From assembly GCA_036172245.1 (NCBI GenBank), contig JAYWIR010000036.1, positions 1,240,001 through 1,304,000 on the forward strand: DNA of 64,000 bases, in the 5' to 3' direction. Of this stretch, positions 12,215 through 25,479 are shown piece after piece. This DNA comes from Raillietiella orientalis (taxonomy: Eukaryota). Numbering within the stretch: the first letter of the stretch is position 1; every line of letters begins with the position of its first letter. The position numbers and the translations under genes were made by a program. The notes beneath the pieces are model-generated. The model saw only the letters and a list, made by a program, of their open reading frames with translations. It was not told the origin of the DNA and ran no database searches.

Positions 12215-12990
12215 TCCGTAGTCCGCGTGGGCTGTCGCATGGCTGTGGTCTCTTCGCACGTAGCGCTGAGCATCGCGGGTTCGAATCAACTCCACGGTTG
12301 AGAATCAACTCCGAGAAATGGGAGGTGCGCTGTGGATTTAGAGCTCCCCGGCAGGATATCGCTCGCTGGCCCACGGGCTTCGGGTGCGTCTCTGGTGTGA
12401 GCGGAACCCCCTTCCCGGATGCCTTAGTTGACTAGCCGGGATTGGGAGCCGACCCTCCGGCGTCCTTCTAGGAATCAAGGAACCCTTAAGGGTTCCCCTC
12501 CGGCTGCGAAAATGAAGCCGTCCCCCCACTATCGAAGGGAAGGGGGGGAGGGATCCTTCATCGAGTTCCATGGAGCTGTTGATACTCCCCTCGGGGGTTG
12601 CCTCTCTAGAGTGCAAGAAGCGCGCTGCTCCCATCGGGAAGCGCCTTTCCGAGAAATTAAGAAGCGTCCTTTCTAGGTTCCTTTCAGGGGGAAGAAACGA
12701 GAAGTGGTTCCCTTGCGGGCTCTCTCTGGAGAAGAAATTCCAGGAGCGGATCCTTTCTAGGTCCCCTTCGTAGAAGAAACAATGGAACAGCCCCCCTCCG
12801 GAGGTCTCTCTGGAGAGCATAAGGAAGAAGTTCCCTTCAGAGTTCCCTTCGGAGACAACCAGGACGAGGGTTCCCTCCCAAACGCGAGAGGAACGGACTC
12901 CTTTCCTCGGAGTCCTTCTTAGATTCGAGGGGTGGTCTCTTCCAGGGGTATCCTCTAACTTGAAGCACCCTCGGGTGGCGTGGAACAGTA
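12215..12990 (+). mobile_element. tRNA-derived SINE-like repeat, copy 1
   Basis: B-box GGTTCGAATC at 12278-12287; body (GAGAAATGGG..GTTGAC..CCGGGATTGGGA..CGTCCTTC.AGGAATCAAGG..CCATGGAGCTG) shared with the copies at 18.3-18.9 kb and 33.4-33.8 kb. Confidence 0.65.
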
Positions 12991-14199
12991 CCAAGGAGCT
13001 TCGTGAGCAGCCAGGCGAGTGGTTCTTCAGTACTTAGCGAGCCTCCCTTCTCCCCAAAAAGGAGCAAGTGCTCCAGGGCACCACCCTCTCTGACGAGTGG
13101 TGGCTCCTCCTCGTCTCATGGGAGGACTCCCAGAGCACCACCGAGATGGCGGCTTGCTGATGACGAAGAGGAAAATCGAGCCAGGATGTTGGATCTTCTT
13201 CCTCAGGGAGATCTCTGCGAGTCTGAGGACCCCAAGCGAGATGTTTTGGCGTGGTTTCGTTCGCCGGTCGGGATGCCTTCCACGCTCCGGAAGTTTCCGT
13301 CATCGCACCAACGCAAGAGATGCATGCGGATGGCGCCTTGAAAGGTCTCGTCTTGAAGTCTGGGAAGAGCATCTGACTTACTAACCACTGTCTTAGCAGA
13401 AGGAGCCTTACTGTAGTGTCTCTGGGATGCGAAAAATCGTCTCCATGATGACAGCAGCCGAAAAGACAGGGATCGAGGGATGAAACATGTGATCCAGTCC
13501 TAAACTAAAACCCTCGAATGGGAACTAGCCAGCAGTGTACAAAGCAAGAAAGCAAACACGGAGATACTGGAGCCCTCCGGCGGATCTGAGTTCGGAACCA
13601 CTGCTGAGTCGGATGTGCATCTCAGAATCAGACATCATTTAGGTCATCTGCAGCTCCCCGAAGTTTTCCTTGAACCGTTTTTTTGGATGCATTCCATCCT
13701 TCCGATGGGATCATAAAGTAATCTTGGAGGAAGGTTCTTGGAACAATGCTAAATCCTTCCTTGAACGAGCCCGCCTACCAGTCTGCCGAGGTCTCCGAGA
13801 TGCCACCTACAGCTTGCTTCTCGAATGCTTAAACAGCGTGAATTGACTCAAGAGCTACGCTCTCTACCGAAAACACCAGGACTCGTGGCTCATCACAAAA
13901 GCGTTCTAAAGGTCGTCTAGAGGTCCGTTGCCTTTCTCGTCTATTACCGCGAAAAGCAGCAATGCGATTCAGTGGTCATCTCCTGCGTGATGTTTCCCCC
14001 CAGATTCGTTCCATTGACATCTAACATCTTTTCACGGTTCTCCTCCAATCCCTCCCGGAGAATCAGTTATTCGACGGGATGATCTGACCTTATTCGCAGC
14101 TGTATCCATCTTATTCTACAGCTCACGTTTCGGTTTATTAGATGGAATTGCATTCGGCAAGATAAGCGAGTTGATACTCTGGACTCTGGTATGATGCAC

Positions 14200-15800
14200 T
14201 CTCGAGCACCGTGTGAAGGAGACCCAGAGTACGCAACATCTCTCAAGTCACTGCTAAACTCTTCACTCCGTAAGCGCCTAGAATGAGGATTCGCTTCCGA
14301 ATGGTGATCAGCGTATTCTTGCAGTTCTTTGCATCAAGGTCCAACCAGACGGGGAGACCCTTGACATCAGCCTTCCTTCTTTGCATCATCCACGAAGAGA
14401 ATACGGCGCGCCATCCAGCTCCGGAAGCCAAAGTGCGACCAGAGCTGTTGTGGAATCTGTTGGTCTTCGAATGGTGGAAGATCCCCCGTGGAAAGGCAGT
14501 CGAGACCCAACTCGGCGAAAACAATCCGAGTTCCGAGAACGCTTGTGGCTTGTGTCTGCCATGTACCGTGCTCCTCGTAAAAGGCAGCGGATGCAGCACT
14601 CCACGGAGAACGGAGGATGTCCGATATCGAACCGACCGACAAAGACCCGAACCATGTCATACATGTCATAACACCCACCCGCGGGGATCTTGCAGAATGA
14701 GAAAGACGGTGGAAAATTGTGGTTCCAGTTTTTCCTCGCTCTTTAATTCGATCAACAGTGCGAGCCTCGCAGTCTCCTGATCTTTCCCTAGGCGCTCGGG
14801 ATGCCCTCAGTTGTCAGAAACAGCAGCAAACAGGCAGTGATTTGTTATTCCTCCAATGAGGTGGAAACGAATCCTCGTTTACTCCTTCCACGAGAGCAAA
14901 AGACTCCTATTTTGGGTGCAGTCCCACTTTTGCATCCTGTTTATGCTGAACCTGTGCTGGAGGAAGCATTCAGCGAAGATTTCGAGTTGCTTGGAAACTC
15001 GAAATCTTTGGTGAGTCGTGACTTTTCCTGTCCAATCTTCAATGAGTTATGACTCTTCCTGTCCTTCACTCAACTGCCGATCTGTCCACATTACGCAGCC
15101 ATTCTCTCACCACCAGGCCTTCTAATGAACGGGAAGCTTTGACGAACCGTTAAGGAATTCTTGTGTGCAGAGTAGCTGCGCATAGAGGAGAGGCTGGGTC
15201 ATCATTCGGACAACGGGCGAAGTAGGTGCGAGTGCCCTTTCGACTGAGCTTTACCTCTCATGGAAGAATTCTGCTGGAGCTCTCTTGCTTTGGGGCTGAC
15301 GTTCGGAGCAGCTGTGGTTCGAGTGCTGGTGAAAACAAAAGCATCTTGACTTCTGAAGATTATCTGATTCAGTGGCGATGGGGACTGCCGCTCATTGATA
15401 ATAGGTGAAGAAGATAAGGTATTCGGTGTAAAACACACCGATCATTTTATTCGTGACACGTAACAGATGACAGATCGTTGAACAAGAGCAGAATTAGAGA
15501 ACAATGCATGCGGAGTAACACAATCCCCTTGTTCGAATGGGCGACGACGCAGACGTTCCCTGGAGGTGACGATGGATGATCAATTTCTGTTCTGTCCACT
15601 GAGCAGCGTGAAAGCAATGATAGCGTTAAAGTTGGTAGGTTTCTGATGATAAGGACGGGAGTTCTGTGACTGAAGAGAAACTGGAGGTGTCTCAGAAGAA
15701 GGAGCAGTGCTTTCGAGGGATGGCAAGCAGAATGTACGAACCGCACACTGACCTTGCCTCGAGACAACTTTTTGCAATCGCCATCATGGGATGGCAAAAT
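14200..15800 (-). mobile_element. CR1/L2-like LINE ORF2 remnant (endonuclease and RT)
   Basis: DR..PPGNVCVV (cf. DR..GGGVC), ATSVLG (cf. ISLTSVL), IRRPTDSTTALVA..WLPELD (cf. FRP..STT.AL); AT-richer and full of stops. Confidence 0.5.
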
Positions 15801-17672
15801 CTGCCGCTGCTAGCTAGGAGTGGCGATCTGGGAGCAGGGAAAGGTCAACTCGTGATCAGGACAGCATGGAGATGTTTTCTCTCTGGCGTCGAGGCATCTG
15901 TCACATAGCTCACAGGGACTACCAAGCGTAAGAGGAACAGACTTCTTCCTCTGAAGTCTTCCTGAATGCATAGGGTGGTTTTCCCCCTTAAAGACTTAGC
16001 ACACACACTCTGGTGGGTGTAAACATGTTAAGGATCTCCGTGAACCCCCTATGGTGAGGCGAACGGTTCATCAGCACTTTGCGGATTAAAAACAAGAAAA
16101 CCCGGAGAAGAAAAAAAAGAAAAAGCTGGAAGGAAAACACCGAAACGGAGGGAGAGGGAGAAAACTCAGTAGATCAACTCTTCGGACACCGGACCCAGCA
16201 TCTGCGGTACTAAGGAAATTGACTTTCCCAGTTACGGCCTTTAGGAGGCTTCGGAGCAGCTCTTCGTTAGCATTCTGCTACTAAATCGTTCAGGGCAACA
16301 AAAAAAAAAACCCTACGCGTCTCCTCGAGACCTCCTGTTTCCATCCGGGTCGCTGCGAACTGCGGCCATCTATTTCCTGGGTAGAGCTAGCAATCCGATG
16401 ATGCGCCGTCATCAGTTCGAACGCCTTTGTTATTCAAGGGATGATGGATGGCTCTGTTGTAGAGCAAGGACTCGAAGAGTTAAGAGCAGAGGCCTTGCTC
16501 TAGGACTTCCAAGTAATGAAGGAAGTGCGGATGGAAAGAAGGGAATGCTGGAGTAGCCATTCCAGATCGTAGATTTCAGGCAGTTTCTCAGGTTTATTGA
16601 GGGCAGAGCCCGTCGGAAAATGAGGAAGGGGGGGAGGGGGTTTCCGGCGTATGGAGATCAAGGCGTTAAGATGGAGCTCCTCCGGTTGCTTCTTTCGACT
16701 GACTTGCGAGCACGTTCGCGGGCGTTCGCGGGCGAACTCTACAAACGGAATCAAATTGCCTTAGGAAATGCCAGTTGGCTCAAGACGAATGCGGGAACTT
16801 TTCGCACGTGTCGCACTCTTTCTCTCCACTTCAGATACAGGGATGAATGATGGGCTGCAGGTATCCTGAGGAAACGAGCGCGATCAAGCGGAAGGGAGGA
16901 GCAAAAGGTGCTCCTTGTCGGCCCGCCGAAGCTGAGGTCAAACTGGATGTTTGTGGATAGCTGCGGCATCGATCCGAACGATGCCCGATGACCCCGCTCC
17001 AAGGGCAAAATCCTTCCGCTAGGGCGTGAGCGCGGTCCTTCGTCCAGAGTACCGCATGAGAAACGTGCAAATTTCCCTTGAAAAGAGCGAGGAAAATTAC
17101 TGAGAATCACATAAAGGAAAGCGGCTGTTGAAGCCTGTGTGGAAAGGGGGGGAGGCAAACAAAGATAAACCCTCTTTCGCTTGGTAACCATGTCTTGGGA
17201 GAGAATCCACTTTCTTTCGACTTCGTCCGAAAGCTGCTTTCCACGCCATCGAAGCGCCTTGGCTCATTGGAAGGAGGAAAAAGTGACCGGAAGATGAATG
17301 ATGCTGGCCATGAAGCACGTGCCGGTCACGAAAGTCCATCTTTGACGCGTCCGTCACGTCGTCCCTTTCTTCCCGTCGCTTTCCTGTCCCTTTTCGAATC
17401 GCTCCCTGAAAATTCTTTTTCCGAATGCCCCATAAGTTGCTGTCGTTGCATCATGAGAGTAGAAATGGGAGGAAAACATGGAAACACTTCCGGGAGCAAC
17501 TATTTTTTAATTTTTTTTTTCACCGCTTTGTAGGGGAACCCCAAAGGGAACCCTCGCCCTGGTTGTCTCCGATTTCCACCCGGACACGCCGGGGCGTTTC
17601 CTAAAATGTAAAATGAACTCATACATTGCGGTGGGACACTTGGTCCTACCACACTCGGTTTGTCCGCCGCTC

Positions 17673-17715
17673 GGTCTGCGCACCAGTGACCCGACAGGTC
17701 ACTGGTGCGCAGACC
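17673..17715. repeat. Perfect hairpin, 19-bp stem and 5-nt loop
   Basis: GGTCTGCGCACCAGTGACC-cgaca-GGTCACTGGTGCGCAGACC. Confidence 0.95.
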
Positions 17716-17739
17716 AGTGTAGGTTACCTCGTCAGCGGA

Positions 17740-18290
17740 GGTGACGGGGAGAAAACAAAAGGAAAAATAAAAAATAAAAGAGTAATAAATTGAAAGCTTT
17801 GGGAGGGTCGGGAAGGGACCACTGTCCTCTGGAGGAAGTCTGTATCCTTTTTAGGATACGGTTAGGTCCGTCCGAATCGATCCCAGATGGGGCCGTCTGG
17901 CTGCTATCCGCAGGAAGCTAGCTGCGAACTGGACGACGTCCCTCTCGTTCCTTCTTCTGTCGACTTCCCTCCAGACCGTCGCTATTCTGCGGACGCGGCA
18001 AAGAGCTGCTGGGGCTGCGGCTGGCTGCAGGGCGTCCCACACAAAGAGGAGCCATGAGACGTCCCTAGGTTGCCAACCAGGATTCGGAGGTTCGTCTCCA
18101 AAGGTTCCCACAGAGGCCGGAGGGCCGCGTGGTCCACGAGTAGGTGCGGGAGAGACTCCTGTTCCCTGCATCTGCAACAGCCCGGGCTCATCCTTCACCC
18201 ACAGTCCAGTAGTGTCGGCGGGCGTAACAGGGAAAACCCCAGTTCAACGGCAGAAGTGCCGACTCCCGCCACTTCAGGAGGAGGGTGCTG
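17740..18290 (-). mobile_element. Tx1/L1-like LINE 3' end (C-terminal zinc finger and T-rich 3' UTR)
   Basis: SPGCCRCREQESLPHLLVDHAALRPLWEPL (CxxC..H..C-like zf-RVT region), followed on the - strand by a TTTATT-rich tail. Confidence 0.55.
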
Positions 18291-18905
18291 CTGTTCTTGA
18301 GCACTGGGGACCACTCCAGGTCTTGGTTGCTTCTGAAGGGAACCCCGAAAGGAACCTCTTCCTCATACTCTCTCTGGAGAGAACCCCCGAGGGGATCACC
18401 CCTCATTTCTCCTCCGAAGGGAATTCGGAAAGGATTTGCTCCTTGTTATTCCCCTGAAAAGAACCCCGAAGTGATGCTTCCGAGTTTCGCTGAAAGGTGC
18501 TTCCCGAAGGGAGAAGTGCTCTTCTTCACAACGTGGAGAAGTATTAGTTGACCAGCTCCATGGTACGCGATGGAGGATCCCCACCCCCAGGAGTGGAGGG
18601 GACAACTCCAGTTTCATAACCGGATGAGAACACCGAAGGGATCCTTGATTCCTGGAAGGACGCTGGATAGTCGAATCCCAATCCCGGAGAGTCAACGGGG
18701 GTTTCCGGCTTCCACCAGTGCCGCCGCACCTCAAGCCTGCAGGCCAGCCAGCGTCATCCTGCGGGTGAGGTAGGGGAAACTCGAAACCCACGGCGCACCC
18801 CCATTTCTCGGCGCCGATCCTACCCCAGGAGGGATTCGAACTCGCAACGTTTGGCACCAAGCGCGGAAACCGTAGCCACGCGGTTGCCAGCAACGCGGGT
18901 CTATC
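18290..18905 (-). mobile_element. tRNA-derived SINE-like repeat, copy 2
   Basis: B-box GAGTTCGAATCC on the - strand (18832-18843); body alignable by eye with 12270-12870. Confidence 0.65.
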
Positions 18906-18974
18906 TTGACTATTCTTCCACGTCGGGCACTTTTGACTAATTTCTTCTCCCCTCTCCTCAATTCCTTCTCCATG

Positions 18975-19780
18975 CCCTAATAGTTGTACCTTGAAGTGAT
19001 GCTGGTGACTGACACGTTGGGAGGAAAACCACTGCGGTGGAAGTGAAGAAAAAGTCTTCGCAGGATTTTCAGGGAACGGTCCGAGCTCTGCTGAGTCCCC
19101 CAGAACGCATGCCCAGTAGACGCGGGGAACGTTTTTCTGGATAGGAAAGCGCGCCGGAAACCCCACGCAATCGATGAGCACATCCTAGGTTGCGTGCGGG
19201 ATCTCACGGAGACACCGCAGCACCTGGGGGCACGAGAGAATAGCCTCTGGCGCCTTGGCACCCCCGAGAGACAGGTGCGAGGCGAGCGGCGGAAACCACG
19301 CCGAGGAAAGAACGCAAGAGGGTCTTCGTGGCCAGCACTCTGGTAGTGGCTCGCGCACGTGTGAGACTGCGTCCAGGAAGAGCCGTACAGTCAGCGGGCT
19401 GACCAGTCAGTCGCCCGGTGCTCCTTGCGAAACATCAATCGGGTATGCCAATGAGCCAGTCGGAAACAACCTTTTGAACCCGCAGAAGAACTGAACGGAT
19501 GAGCGGACGGACTGCTTGCCACTAAGGACGTGCTCCAGACTCGAGAGTTCCATCGCTCCACGCTGTCCTGCACGGCGAGGTACGAGCAGGCAATCAGGAA
19601 CGAAGAGCAACGCGCTTGGGTGCCGGCTCTGTTCCGAACCCACGCATTCCCAGCCCCAGCGTTTGCTCCCGCTGCCCAATGAACTCGAACACAAACAAAG
19701 GCAAACTTGCATCTCCAGTGCATGAGGGTCACTCCACATCCCTGCCCCGACATCCATTGCCACCCTCCCTCTCAATCTCC
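18975..19780 (-). mobile_element. THAP plus DDE_Tnp_4 (ISL2EU-like) remnant, truncated next to the SINE
   Basis: EHVLSGKQS (THAP HFxSGKxS) and TFSSLPPQWFSSQRVSHQHHFKVQLLG (cf. PSSL..Q..FS.YK.HNTFK.LIG). Confidence 0.5.
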
Positions 19781-20131
19781 CTCGAAGAGCTTGGCACGGA
19801 AGGTCCCGTAGCCGGCGAGCAAAAACATTTGATGAAGCTCCCCACCGACCGCAGGCAAACGTGAGAGGAGTGCCCTCCTCCCCTCGTTCCCCTCAGCTGG
19901 AAGCTCCGTGGACTCCCCTAGCATCTGCGTCCTGGGCAACTGCCTCCTCGTCCTGCCTGATTCCTTTCGAAGGCAGCTCGGAGCACCAGACGGACGCGAG
20001 TCTTCTGGAAAGCGCACACCCCTTTCGTGGCGGGCAGCCAGCTTCCGTTGCCGACTGATCCACTCCTCCGCCACGGTCCTCGACCTCGCACCATCGCCCC
20101 CTCGCGTGAGGGAGGGGCGGGATTCTCGGGT

Positions 20132-20187
20132 GACATGCGCGTTCCAGGAGCAGAGGGGACGCCCTCTGCTCCCGGAACGCGCATGTC
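20132..20187. repeat. Near-perfect hairpin, 26-bp stem (1 mismatch) and 4-nt loop
   Basis: GACATGCGCGTTCCAGGAGCAGAGGG-gacg-CCCTCTGCTCCCGGAACGCGCATGTC. Confidence 0.95.
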
Positions 20188-21499
20188 CCTCCCCGCCCTG
20201 CGAGCTGGGACAAGCCCCAGACTTGAATCGTGGACGTGTCGAGGCCATGCGTCACCGCCGCACCGTCGAGAGTCACCCCGCGCCGACGTTTGCTTTCTTC
20301 CCTCTCGCGAGGCCACTTCTTCGGGCTCGCCTCGAGTGCTCGACGATCCCTTTCTGGCCATCGGAGGGCCGCCCGTCCACCTCACTGGCTGACCGATCTG
20401 CCGGGACGCGCATCGCTGAAGGGCGACGTGCTCGAACGCAGCGCGCGCACCGTGGCGTTGCCCATTTCCCCATGGCAACCGGCTGCGAGGCAAAGAAACT
20501 CGAGACAGGGTCCCGGGTCGTCCGGTGTTTCGGACAGGCGCCCCGATCCTCCCCGCCTTTCCTCCGGCGTCCTTGAGGACCACACGGATGCAAAGAGGGA
20601 AAGGTGCGACTCCAGCTTCCTGGTCCGTCCCCTAGTCAATGTCCGGGCAGGGGAGAGGAAGCTCAATGGACGGGCCACCGCGGAGAGCGCGAACCAAGCG
20701 GGTGCGGTGCTGCCAGATCGAGGGCGCCCACTCGCGGAGCGTCTGCGCCTCTCGCCAGGTGCAGTCCACCCAGGATGCTGGGCTCTGCTTCCAAGTCGAC
20801 GTCACCTGGGACCTGGGAGCCGAGGACGAAGATAGCTTTCGAACAACAACTCCCCCTCTTCTGCGAGGCTGAGCGGAGCCGCGAGACTGCATCCATCACT
20901 CAGAGAGGCACGGGAAGGAGGGGCGGGGGTGGAACCGGCAAGCATTGAAAATATGCATCTGAATCCATCAGAGATCGGCGGGGGAGGAGGGAAAGCCGTC
21001 AGATAGTGACGTTCGCACGAACCTCGGCACGAGAGGGGAATAGCAGGGAACACAGCAGCAGCAGCCCCCAAGCGGGGCAAGGAAAAGGCGGGAGGGCGAT
21101 CGGGAGACCCTCAAACACAGGAAAGGCTGAGCCGGCTGACGTGGGGATGATGGAGTGGATGTCAGTGTTTCTTCGGGGCGGTGGGAGGACTTCCTCCCGG
21201 TTCCTCGCTGCTGCTGTGCTCGGGACGACGCGCAGGAATCGCGTGCGGGATGCGGAGTCGCATCCAGGCTTCCGGGAAAGAGAAAGCGTGCTTCCGGGGA
21301 TGCGAACTAATACCTGAAATGGGATGTCGATCACTGGGTTCATTAAAGCACCCGCGGCGCGCCCACGCCTGACAGCTGTGGGGAGGCTGGAAACCCAGGA
21401 GAAAGATGGCGGACGAATGAGATGCAGTAGACCATTAGCGGCGGCGCGTTTCCTGGTTTCTGCCCCTCCCCCTTGCCTCCTCACCCCCTCTACCTGCTG

Positions 21500-23800
21500 A
21501 AAAGGGATGAACGCGCTCTTTTTGTAGGAGTCGCCAAGTGGGGATCGAGAGCCCACAGGGACTCTTTTGTTTCTCGAGGTTAACGGAAAGGAAGGATAGG
21601 AGTGTTAATTGACACCGGGATGGGATTTCGCCACCAGGGATGAGACTATCCATCTAGGGGAAGGGGGGAGGGGAAAGGGATCTGTCCCGACGTTCGGAGA
21701 TCCTCCTGCTCCCTCTTCCCCGGTCCTAGCCAGAGTCTTCGTAGCTGTCCCTGCCGTCCGGCACGAGGCATTTCCCCGCTCGTCGGCCTCTAGAGTAGGG
21801 GTGGCGTCGGGGGCCGAACCGCCTGCCCATCTGCTTCGATGGGGGCCTCCATACGCCCCCCTTCCACTCCTGATGCCCTCCCTGAGATCACGCCCGTCAT
21901 GTTTCTTATTCCATCCCCCTTCCCCCTTCCTGTGGTCCCAAGAACTTCCTTTCCGCCCTCTTCCTCGCTCCCCTTCCCTTATTATTCCTTCCACTTCATC
22001 CCTGGTTCCCGTCCGCGCTCCACAGGCGGGAGGAAAAGCAAGCGGGAGGTCTGGGGCAGCACCAGAGTCCAGTTCCTTCCCTTCTCCCTACTTCCTCAGG
22101 GAACTCCCAGGAAGGGGCGGTCCTCTACAGGCTGGAGGACTTCGTGGGGGGCCTGCTGTTCTTCCAGAGGGACTTGCAGCGGTATCCGTAGGAGCAGATC
22201 TTCGACGCGGAGGTTGGCAAAGCCGAAAGAGCGTCCTCGGAGACCAATGGGCGTTTTGAGCCTGAGTGGGCGCCTCTGGAGCTGGTGCGGAGGGCGGAGC
22301 GGTGGCAGTGCTGCGCACCCGGGAGCAGAGAGGCTCTCCTAGGGTCCGCATCCGTAAGTCTCTGAGGTAGCTGCGAGCGGACGACAACTTCCCAGGAAGG
22401 GTCTTCCAATCTCCCTGCGTGACGGTTCCCCCCGTCGGTCCGCCGAGAGCCCTGGAGGGGGAGGACGATGCAGTCGATCGGCTTCCTGAGGACCTGCCAG
22501 AGGTCGTGGCTGCGGGAGAAGCTGCCGTGTGGCGTCCTGCCACTTCTCCTCTCTCCCTCCTACACGCACGAAGTCAGAGTTCCCGTAGGGGATGGGAAGT
22601 GTCCTTGGTCCACTCGGATGCCGCGAAAGATCCCCTCCACCTCCCACTTTCTCCTTCGTGAGGAAAAGCCCGGTCGCTTCCGCCCCGGAGGAGGCGCTAA
22701 ATTCTGTCCTGCGGCGGGCGCACTGAGTGGGTCTGCCGACTAGCTACCCCAGAAACCGCACCTACAGACGTCCCTCGCAAGAAACTCGGTTTCATTCCGT
22801 GGAAGCGGCGGACTCCAGGAAGTGATATGGAGCCGGGATCACCTGTTGCTTGCGCTCGAGGGAGAATGTGCGAACGGAATATGAAAAAAAGAGGCAAGGC
22901 GAGGGAACACGGACGAGGCATAAAGGGAAGAAGGAGGGATGGGATTCTCTGGCAACGCGTTCCGGGAGCAGGAAGAGAGCGCGGCTCTGGGAAAAATCCC
23001 CGAAGATCTGGTAGCAACCCTCGATGGCCTCGTCTTGGGGAAAGCAGATCCTTTTGTGCCCCAGATAGGCTCCCGTAGGGACTCCAGGCTGATCTCTGTC
23101 CGGGAGCAGCACCCTGGAGGCAAGGCGCAGGGCTCTAGGCGGGATCATCCAGGAAAATCCAGTATGACATCTTGACGTCCAAGGGGGTTCACTGACCTTT
23201 CTTTCCTGTGTCGTGGGGACGCTTCCGGATGAAAATCAAGAGATGGGAGGAAGTTCTGGGTGTCCTCTCGTCAGAGACCCTTCTTTCACCGGAAAGGGGA
23301 GGTCCCAGCGGTCTGGAGGAAGGAGGCGGCATCTCCTGAGAGACGGCTGGCAGCCACAGTGCGGAGGGTCTCCTCCCTCCTGCCTCCGGGAGTCCACTTC
23401 GTCGATGGGATTCTTTTTCGGGGGGTGGGGACGTGTGGTCGCTGCATTGAAGCCACTTCTCCGTGCAGGCTTGCCAGGTCCCCTCTTTTGCTGTCCTCCA
23501 GAGATGCTCGCAGACAGCTGATCTTCGGTGCGGAGACGTTCACCTTTCCGATCAGCAAACATACGGCAGTGTTCCTCCTCCTCCTGCAAGAAAGCACCCC
23601 TTCCTTCCTCAGCCGGGAGTCCGCGGACTTCTTAGAGACAGACTCAAATCCTCAACAGCTCCGGACTCCGCCGAAGGCACTCTGGGGCACCGGACAGCCC
23701 CCGGGAATCGCACCCCGATCGGCCTGCGTGGCCGTCTCGGTCAGCTTCGTCACCTTGTCGCCTTGCCGGAGACGATTCCGCTCTTCTTTTTAATTCCCAA
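21500..23800 (+). mobile_element. Tx1/L1-like LINE ORF2 remnant (RT through zinc finger)
   Basis: Collinear degenerate motifs: EQIFDAEVGKAE (cf. YE..SGA.VN..KS), LLG, SLEGRT (cf. LS..GR), VGLP (cf. GGLGLP), GILFRGVGTCGRC and LIFG. Confidence 0.55.
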
Positions 23801-24199
23801 ACGCTAAGCCTACTAGTGCACACGACGGGCTTTCCCCAGAGGGACTCCTCGTCCCTTCCTCCAGGGAATTTTTTTCCTGCATGTGGCTGGGGTTCACCAG
23901 GAAGGTGAGAGGGAAAAAAGTAGCCAGAAGTAAAAGGAAAGGGGCCGTATTTTTTTTTCTTTATCCCTGTGGAAGACACCGCGACTGCGGTGGAGTTCGG
24001 CTCTGTGTGTCTCTTGGTCCCACAACGGATTCCCTAGGGAAGAACATCAATCAAAGTCCGCGGAAGAAGTCAGCATGACCTGCTTCGCTGTCTCTGAGTC
24101 GGCGAAGGGGCGGAAAAGGGGGGAGGAGACGATTATTCGGAAAGGAAGCCATCAGGGAGCGCTCTTCTGGTGCCGGGAAGGGATGGGATGTTTCGTTGG

Positions 24200-25300
24200 C
24201 TTCCTTCATCTCTTCGTGGCGAGCAGCCGTCTTATGTTCCGGGGGCGGGCAGACAGGGGTCAGAGGGATGAGCAGGATCCCCGATTCGGTCAATGGGTCT
24301 GGCACTCTGAAGTTCTTGACCGAAGAGTCCTCCACTCATCAGCCAATGAGCACTCACCGATGCTGAGAATCAAAGGAGTGGTCCTCGCTGTTGCTCTGGT
24401 TTCACCAGCTATCGAAGAAGGATCACTTCACCCCACGGGGGCACTGGGGTGATCTCGATGGCCACCTCACCACGGGGTTCCTTCCTCTGTCGGGCACCCG
24501 AGGTGTGCGTGAAGTGGAGAAGCAGGCTCGAAGCCCTTATCCTCTCGATTGCCGGGAACGAACCCCAAACGGCCGCCCACTGAACGCCCTCCGGCGAGCA
24601 GGCATTGATGGATCGATTATCTGATCAGTACCAAGCCATGCCCGTGCCACTGCGGGACTCAGTGGAACCGTGCATTTTTTTACCATGTCATCGAGGATGA
24701 GATTTCCGAAAGACTGGGACGGGTCGTGGCAGTTGCATGACTCCCGCATCTCTCTTGACATATGCGAAAGATGGCATCCCTCGCAACATCCTTCTTCTTC
24801 TCAGCTGATCATTCCTAACATTCATGGAGGGAGCGCGTAAATTATTGCCCTGTTTGCTCTCTTCTTCCTGGTCTGCCAGCATGGAAACAAAAAAAACAAA
24901 ATGAGGACTCCTACTCTTCCTTGGAGGGGCTTCTTATGATTCTGAGGAATTCCGGCTGCCTACGTTTTATTCGAGCCATCTCTTCCTGCTGCCGACGTAA
25001 CCCTGACCCATTTCCAGGTCACCCTAACTGGCTGCAATTCACAGTGGTTGCTCCTTCTCGATGATTCAGAGTATGTTCCCGCGCGTAGGTCGTATGGCCG
25101 AAGTCGGCCAGATGGAAGGGCTCCCCCGCCGCCGCTTGCCGGTTACGGTGCAGGAAGGAAATTGGCCCGAGAGCCTGCCCGAGGCAGCATGTTTCTTTCT
25201 GCCTCTCGCATCAGAGCTGAAGGCGTTCGAGCACCAACTTGGAGTCCTTTCCAGGGAATTACAAAGACATAGGAGCTCCATTTCTTTGCAGATGCTGATG
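24200..25300 (-). mobile_element. CR1/Jockey-like LINE remnant with internal deletion
   Basis: PTRGNIL (APE endonuclease end), then degenerate RT segments (DKGFE; RNPVV..SRSPQCPRGV; LADE). Confidence 0.45.
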
Positions 25301-25479
25301 GCTCGGAGCAGGGAAGAGTAAAAGAGCGTTTGGATGAGAGAACGCTGGGGTGCTGGGAATCATCAAGGAATCAGAAAAGGAGGTGAGGATGTACCTCATA
25401 CTACAGGATCACTCATCCTTCCACATTAGTGATCTTCATGGAAAAGATAGAGGAGAGAGGGTCCTTCGACCTCCACAAA

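Noticed and set aside
12215..12300. Functional tRNA gene (also at 18830-18905)
   Set aside because: Only a B-box is recognisable, there is no intact cloverleaf, and it is the head of a dispersed repeat
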